Positions 55,621-60,988 of a DNA stretch of 60,988 bases are shown piece by piece. Both the position numbers and the translations under genes were made by a program. The DNA comes from an uncultured Clostridia bacterium (GTDB taxonomy: Bacteria; Bacillota; Clostridia; TANB77; CAG-508). Position 1 is the stretch's first letter. Each line of letters opens with the position of its first letter. The notes below the pieces were generated by a model that was not told the origin of the DNA, did not search any database, and was given only the letters and a program-made list of their open reading frames with translations. Where the stretch lies: assembly GCA_947628395.1 (NCBI GenBank), contig CANQZP010000002.1:1-60988 (forward strand), written 5' to 3'.

Positions 55621-57408
55621 TTATAACTCTTTAATTTTTTCTGCAATCTCTCTGGTTATTCCAGGGATTTTAATTAATTCATCTATATCACTATTTATTA
55701 TATTATCTACTGTTCCGAACTTTTTTAGTAACTCTGTTTTTCTCTTTTCTCCTATTCCTTCTATTTCATCCAATTTTGATTTAGTCATTTCTTTATCTCT
55801 TAATTTTCTATGATACTCTATTGCTGTATTATGTACTTCATTTTGAAGATTAGTGATAAATAAAAATAAATTCTCAGAAATAGTAAATTCATTTCTTTCT
55901 TCATTTATAAGTGCTCTGGTAGAATGTTTATCATCTTTTACCATTCCATATACCATTATTTTGTTTTCTAAATCGTATTTTTTTAGTGCATTTTTTATTG
56001 CTCTTATTTGAGTTATTCCACCATCTGCCAATATTAAATCTGGAAGAGTTCCAAAGCCTCCTTTAGGATTTTCTATCGAATGTTTTAATCTTCTTGTTAC
56101 AACTTCTTCCATACATCTAGGATCATCTTGTCCAAATACATTTTTTATTTTAAATCTTCTGGATAAATTCTTTTTTATAATTCCATCTTGAGCTACACAC
56201 ATTCCTGCTACAATAAAAGTACCTGATATATTTGATATATCAAAACTTTCTATTTTTCTAGGAAGTCTATCTAAATTTAAAATTTCTTTTAATTCATTTA
56301 ATATTTCAAACTTATCTTTAGATTTATTTTCTAAAGTAATTTTAGCATTTCTCTCAGCCATCTCTACAAATCTAAGTTTTTCACCCTTTTGAGGATTTTT
56401 AATTTCTACTTTTCTTTTGGCAGACTCTGATAACCAATTTTCAATTATTTCTTTATCATCAATCTCTTCTCTTATCATTATTTTATTTGGAAAATCTAAA
56501 CTATTTAAATAAAACTGTTTAATAAATCCAGACAATATTTCTTTATTATCCATATCTTTTAAATTATCTAGAAAATAATGCCTTCTGTCTATCATTTTAC
56601 TATTTCTTACAAAAAATACTTCTATACATACTGATAAATCATTTCTATATAAACCTATTACATCTATATTATTTTCAGATATATTTGAAACCTTTTGTTT
56701 TTCTGATAATCTTTCGATTGAAAGTTTTCTATCTCTTAAATTTGCTGCTTTTTCAAACTCTAATTTGTTTGATGCATCTATCATCTCATTTTCAATTTCT
56801 TTTAATATTTTATCTGTTTTTCCTTCTAGCAACATCATAATTTGATTTATCTGATTTCTATATTCTTCTTTTGAAACATATCCCATACACGGTGCTAAGC
56901 ATTTTTTGATATGATAGTTTAAACAAGCTCTATCTTTTGATTTAAAGTTTCTACATTGTCTTACTTGAAACTTTTCTTTTATAATATTTAACATCTCTTT
57001 TGCTGCTCCAGGGTTTGCATAAGGTCCGAAATATTTTGCTCCATCATTTTGAATCCTTCTAGTTATATAAATACTCGGATAATCCTCTTTTAATCCAATT
57101 CTAATATATGGATAAGTTTTATCATCTTTTAGTAAAACATTAAACTTTGGTCTATTAGTCTTAATAAGATTACATTCTAATATTAAAGCCTCCGCTTCAT
57201 TATCTGTAACTATATATTCAAAATGATCAACTAAAGAAACCATATTTTCTATTCTTTTAGTTTTATTATTTTTTCTGAAATATTGTTTTACTCTTCTTTT
57301 TAAAGAAATAGCTTTACCTACATATATAATATTATCATCTTTATCTTTCATTATATAAACACCTGATTTATCAGGTAGTTTCTTTAGTTCTGTCTCTATA
57401 TCAAACAT
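55621..57408 (-). CDS. uvrC: excinuclease ABC subunit C
   Basis: 595 aa. GIY-YIG N-terminus (SGVYIMKD...IIYVGKA), UVR domain and a C-terminal HhH2. Confidence 0.95.
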   Translation of the reverse strand: MFDIETELKKLPDKSGVYIMKDKDDNIIYVGKAISLKRRVKQYFRKNNKTKRIENMVSLVDHFEYIVTDNEAEALILECNLIKTNRPKFNVLLKDDKTYPYIRIGLKEDYPSIYITRRIQNDGAKYFGPYANPGAAKEMLNIIKEKFQVRQCRNFKSKDRACLNYHIKKCLAPCMGYVSKEEYRNQINQIMMLLEGKTDKILKEIENEMIDASNKLEFEKAANLRDRKLSIERLSEKQKVSNISENNIDVIGLYRNDLSVCIEVFFVRNSKMIDRRHYFLDNLKDMDNKEILSGFIKQFYLNSLDFPNKIMIREEIDDKEIIENWLSESAKRKVEIKNPQKGEKLRFVEMAERNAKITLENKSKDKFEILNELKEILNLDRLPRKIESFDISNISGTFIVAGMCVAQDGIIKKNLSRRFKIKNVFGQDDPRCMEEVVTRRLKHSIENPKGGFGTLPDLILADGGITQIRAIKNALKKYDLENKIMVYGMVKDDKHSTRALINEERNEFTISENLFLFITNLQNEVHNTAIEYHRKLRDKEMTKSKLDEIEGIGEKRKTELLKKFGTVDNIINSDIDELIKIPGITREIAEKIKEL

Positions 57409-57427
57409 AACGCTTCTCCTAAAATTT

Positions 57428-57453
57428 TAGGCTAGCTGTTTTTAGCTAGCCTA
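57428..57453 (-). terminator. hairpin downstream of the 82-aa gene (terminator-like)
   Basis: Perfect 10-bp stem TAGGCTAGCT / AGCTAGCCTA with a 6-nt loop. The flanks are only moderately U-rich. Confidence 0.5.
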
Positions 57454-57473
57454 TATCTAATTTTACTATAATA

Positions 57474-57722
57474 TTAATAATCCCATGAATTAGTATTATA
57501 ATCGTCATAATCGTAATCATAATCATCATCATCGTCATAATAACTATTATAAATACTATTAGAATTATATGAGTTATATGAATTCAATAAATTTTGCGCA
57601 CTTTTGGCTTTGTCTAATATACTGTGACTATTATATACTGAAACTCCTACTCCTATTCCTAATATTGCCAATATCATAGTAATTAACATTAACGCACCTG
57701 CTTCACTTTTAAATTTTTTCAT
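57474..57722 (-). CDS. small membrane-anchored protein with an Asn/Ser/Tyr/Asp-rich tail
   Basis: 82 aa. One TM helix (ALMLITMILAILGIGVGVSV), then NSYNSYNSNSIYNSYYDDDDDYDYDYDDYNTNSWDY. RBS aaaggagaag. Confidence 0.55.
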   Translation of the reverse strand: MKKFKSEAGALMLITMILAILGIGVGVSVYNSHSILDKAKSAQNLLNSYNSYNSNSIYNSYYDDDDDYDYDYDDYNTNSWDY

Positions 57723-57769
57723 TTTTTTCTTCTCCTTTTACTAATTTAAATTTATTATATACTTAAGCT

Positions 57770-58816
57770 TTAATCCATGTCAATATCTTCCCACTCTAAA
57801 TGATAATTTGGCTCTAAATCTCTTTTTGCTTTTTTCCAAAGAACTCTATACATATCTTGAGCTTTTATTCCTAATTTATTAGGGCTTTTAGTTGTTATAT
57901 CTTCTTTTGTGATGGCAGAACCTTTTCTAATTTTTCTTTTTGTAACTATAGTATTAAAATACATTTCCATTTGCTCTTTTTCTTCTTCTAGTGGAACTTT
58001 GTCCCCTTTTTTCATATCATTAATCTGTTTTGCAAAACTTATAAGTTCACTACACTCCTGTCTAGTCATAGACCATTCTACATCTTGATCTATTCTATCT
58101 CTTGTATCTGTAAAATGTTTTTCAACTATAGAAACTCCCATAGTCATAGCAGCATAACAAGAATTATTATTTACAGAGTGGTCTGATAATCCAAAAATAT
58201 TATTTGGAAATGCTTCTTGAAGTTCCTCTATAGCATGTAATCTAATTTTATCAGCTGGTGTTGGATATATATTTGTACAGTGCATAATTACATAATCTTC
58301 ATGATATCTTTTAATTACCTCAACAGCTTCTCGTATAGTTTCTATATTATTCATACCTGTTGATAATAAAATTGGTTTTCTCTTACTAGCTATATATTCA
58401 ACTAGAGGAAAGTTATTCATTTGAGTTGAACTTATTCTATATGCTGGAATATCCATTTTCTCTAATCTATCTACAGCCTCAAAGGAAAAAGGTGCGGAGA
58501 TGAATATCATTCCTTTGCTTTCTACATAATCTTTTAAAGCAATTTCGTCTTTTTCATCTAATGAACATTTCATAATCCAATCATACAAATTACTATTTAC
58601 GCTTTCTATTTGTATATCTTTTGCAAGTGGGCTTAATTCCTTTTCTGGAATATGAGTTTGGTGTTTAATAATTTCTATTCCTGCTTTATGTGCTTCATCT
58701 ACAATTTGTTTAGCAATTTGTAAATTTCCATAGTGATTTGTGGCAATTTCTGCTATTACAACTGGATCATAATCTTTACCTATTTTTCTGTTTTTGATTT
58801 GAATAAATTTGTTCAT
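57770..58816 (-). CDS. NeuB/SpsE-family nonulosonic acid (sialic/legionaminic/pseudaminic-type) synthase
   Basis: 348 aa. N-terminus IGKDYDPVVIAEIATNHYGNLQIAKQIVDEAHKAG, the TIM-barrel NeuB pattern and a C-terminal SAF-like domain. Confidence 0.8.
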   Translation of the reverse strand: MNKFIQIKNRKIGKDYDPVVIAEIATNHYGNLQIAKQIVDEAHKAGIEIIKHQTHIPEKELSPLAKDIQIESVNSNLYDWIMKCSLDEKDEIALKDYVESKGMIFISAPFSFEAVDRLEKMDIPAYRISSTQMNNFPLVEYIASKRKPILLSTGMNNIETIREAVEVIKRYHEDYVIMHCTNIYPTPADKIRLHAIEELQEAFPNNIFGLSDHSVNNNSCYAAMTMGVSIVEKHFTDTRDRIDQDVEWSMTRQECSELISFAKQINDMKKGDKVPLEEEKEQMEMYFNTIVTKRKIRKGSAITKEDITTKSPNKLGIKAQDMYRVLWKKAKRDLEPNYHLEWEDIDMD

Positions 58817-58847
58817 ATTTAATCACATCCCTTTCCAGGCACAAATT

Positions 58848-58971
58848 GGTTGGAAAAGAATTAAATTTTGGCTAGGAAAACGAGTTTGAAATTTATGAGG
58901 CGTACTTATGTACGTTGATTAAATTTCAAATGAAGTTTGACAACGCCAAAATTGTAATTATTTTTCAACCC
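58848..58971. repeat. MITE-like palindromic repeat, family B, copy 2
   Basis: Same orientation and about 96 percent identical (by eye) to 44756-44880. Differences: t/c at the 5' arm, a 1-nt shorter central loop (GTACttatGTAC), g/t and a/g changes. Confidence 0.85.
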
Positions 58972-59027
58972 TCACCCCTTTTTACACTTGCATTCTATCA
59001 TAAAATGGATTTTTTTTCAATATTTGT

Positions 59028-59055
59028 TTGACTTTTTTCCGTTTTTACATATAAT
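59028..59055 (+). promoter_or_regulatory. sigma-A-type promoter of glmS
   Basis: TTGACT, 16-nt spacer, TATAAT. Only about 30 nt separate it from the ATG at 59085 (RBS GGAGG). Confidence 0.6.
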
Positions 59056-59084
59056 AATATAAATTTATTTTTTATGGAGGAATT

Positions 59085-60920
59085 ATGTGTGGTATTGTAG
59101 GTTATATAGGTAAGAAAAATGCAAAACCTATATTAATTAATGGTCTTTCGAGATTAGAATATAGAGGTTACGATTCTGCAGGTATTGCTACTATTGAAGA
59201 TGATAAGATTGAAGTTGTAAAATCTAAAGGTAGAGTATCTACTTTAGAATCAATAGAAGATATAAAAAATTTAAAAGGAACTATTGGTATAGCTCATACT
59301 AGATGGGCTACTCATGGGAAACCTTCTAAAGAAAATTCTCATCCTCATTTTGATAACAGTAAAAGCTTTGCTGTAGTTCATAATGGAATTATTGAAAATT
59401 ATATTGAACTAAAAAAATTTTTAACTAATAAAGATTATAAGTTTTATTCTGAAACAGATACTGAAATTATTCCTAATTTGATACATTACTATTACTCTAA
59501 TGATTTAAATGATGATAGTTTAAAATTTTTAAGAGCAGTTACAAAAGCCTGCAGTGAATTAAAAGGAAGTTTTGCTTTAGAAATTTTGTCAAAATTCAAT
59601 CCAACTGAAATAATTGTCGTAAGGCATGATAGCCCATTAGTTATTGGAAAAGGTGACTCAGAAAATTATATAAGCTCTGATATTCCAGCTATTCTTTCAT
59701 ATACTAAAGATTTTTATATTTTAAATGATGATGAGTTTGGAATTCTAACTTCAAAAACTGCTAATTTTTACGATAGTAACTTAAATAAAATAAATAAAAA
59801 GGCAGTTAATATTGATTGGAATTCTTCATCAGCTGAAAAAGATGGATATGAAGATTTTATGCTTAAAGAAATTTATGAACAACCAAATTCTATTAGAGAA
59901 ACTATTGGTTCTAGAATTTCTTTAGATAGCAAATGTTATATTGAAAACATAGATTTTACAAAAAGGTTTTTAAAATCTATAAATAAAATTTATATTGTAG
60001 CTTGTGGAACAGCTATGCATGCTGGCCTTTGTGGTAAAGTAGTATTAGAAGATATTTGTGGTATTCCTACTGAAGTTGATATTGCTTCAGAATTTCGTTA
60101 CAGGAATCCTATTATTGATGAAAAAACTTTAGTAATTTTTATTAGTCAATCTGGTGAGACTGCTGATACTATTGCTGCTTTGAAATTGTCTAAATCTAAA
60201 GGAGCTACAACTATAGCTATTACAAATGTTGTAGGTAGCTCAATTACTAGAGAAGCTGATTATAGTATTTATACACATGCAGGACCTGAAATAGCAGTTG
60301 CTTCTACTAAAGCATATACTGCTCAAGTTGTACTACTTGCAATTTTAGCAATTTATTTTGCTGAGATTTTAGAAATAAATTCTGATAAATTATTAAAATT
60401 GAAAAAATCTATTTTAGAACTTCCTTCTTTAGTTAAAGAAGTATTAAAAAATACTGATGATATTAAAGATTTTGCAAAAAAAGTTTATAAAGAAAAAGAT
60501 ATGTTCTTTTTAGGAAGAGGTATTGATTATACTGTAGCAAGAGAAGCTTCTTTAAAATTAAAAGAAATTTCATATATTCATTCTGAAGCTTATCCTGCTG
60601 GAGAGTTAAAACACGGACCTATTGCACTTATTGAAAATGATGTTACTGTTGTTGGAATTTTAACAGATAGTCATTTATCAAAAAAGACAATTAGTAATCT
60701 CCAAGAAGTTATAACTAGAGGTGCTAAAACATTTATTATAACAAACCAAAATGTTGATAATGATTTTGATAATGTTATAAAAATTCCTAAAATAAATACT
60801 CTACTCTCTCCTATTTTATCTATCATTCCACTTCAACTATTTTCATATTACATTTCAAAAGAAAAAGGATTAGATGTGGATAAACCAAGAAATCTAGCCA
60901 AATCAGTTACTGTTGAATAA
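59085..60920 (+). CDS. glmS: glutamine--fructose-6-phosphate aminotransferase
   Basis: 611 aa. N-terminal nucleophile MCGIVGY, two SIS domains and a C-terminal KSVTVE. Confidence 0.97.
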   Translation: MCGIVGYIGKKNAKPILINGLSRLEYRGYDSAGIATIEDDKIEVVKSKGRVSTLESIEDIKNLKGTIGIAHTRWATHGKPSKENSHPHFDNSKSFAVVHNGIIENYIELKKFLTNKDYKFYSETDTEIIPNLIHYYYSNDLNDDSLKFLRAVTKACSELKGSFALEILSKFNPTEIIVVRHDSPLVIGKGDSENYISSDIPAILSYTKDFYILNDDEFGILTSKTANFYDSNLNKINKKAVNIDWNSSSAEKDGYEDFMLKEIYEQPNSIRETIGSRISLDSKCYIENIDFTKRFLKSINKIYIVACGTAMHAGLCGKVVLEDICGIPTEVDIASEFRYRNPIIDEKTLVIFISQSGETADTIAALKLSKSKGATTIAITNVVGSSITREADYSIYTHAGPEIAVASTKAYTAQVVLLAILAIYFAEILEINSDKLLKLKKSILELPSLVKEVLKNTDDIKDFAKKVYKEKDMFFLGRGIDYTVAREASLKLKEISYIHSEAYPAGELKHGPIALIENDVTVVGILTDSHLSKKTISNLQEVITRGAKTFIITNQNVDNDFDNVIKIPKINTLLSPILSIIPLQLFSYYISKEKGLDVDKPRNLAKSVTVE

Positions 60921-60988
60921 TTCCGTCTTTCCATCTTCATCTAAATCTGTAGGGGCGGGAATGTATAGGGTGAGGCTTTGTAGTGACG

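Noticed and set aside
60921-60988. Right window edge after glmS is also GC-rich (~48 percent; gtaggggcgggaatgtatagggtgaggc)
   Set aside because: It is truncated, with no recognisable motif and no convincing inverted-repeat relation to the left edge. It cannot be interpreted without flanking sequence.
1-60988. Prophage, transposon, integron or integrative element
   Set aside because: No integrase, transposase, recombinase, phage structural gene or tRNA attachment site was recognised in any frame. The only mobile-like features are the two small repeat families.

Overview
Very AT-rich (about 25 percent GC by eye, not computed) chromosomal segment of a spore-forming Firmicute. It looks Clostridia-like: splB, yqfC, yqfD, a PdaA-like deacetylase and ybeY/era/yqzL/recO synteny are present. 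There are roughly 55 genes, almost all on the minus strand. Positions ~6.5-38.1 kb form one large cell-wall glycopolymer locus. It contains the dTDP-L-rhamnose genes (rfbB, rfbC, rfbA, rfbD), galE, glf (UDP-galactofuranose) and at least eight glycosyltransferase genes. It also has a Wzm/Wzt-type ABC exporter whose ATPase carries a C-terminal extension, a WbdD-like methyltransferase plus pseudo-methyltransferase/kinase-like pair, a GacI/GacJ-like lipid-sugar synthase pair, a Wzx-type flippase and GtrA. A 1204-aa secreted GH25 muramidase in the locus carries six ricin-type beta-trefoil units encoded by 438-bp tandem repeats. Three passengers inside this locus are unexpected. (i) A short glycyl-radical enzyme and its radical-SAM activase sit between the flippase and glf; this is my top candidate for undescribed biology. 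(ii) A HEPN/MNT toxin-antitoxin pair and (iii) a divergent metK copy together separate wzm from wzt. The remaining DNA is mostly housekeeping (Ca-ATPase, gltX, recO, era, ybeY, uvrC, glmS, a GH3 glucosidase). Two families of long palindromic intergenic repeats occur twice each. Three to four genes show apparent 1-nt frameshifts. I recognised no rRNA, tRNA, CRISPR array, transposase or integrase. All calls come from reading the ORF translations and the DNA by eye; no database search or alignment could be run.
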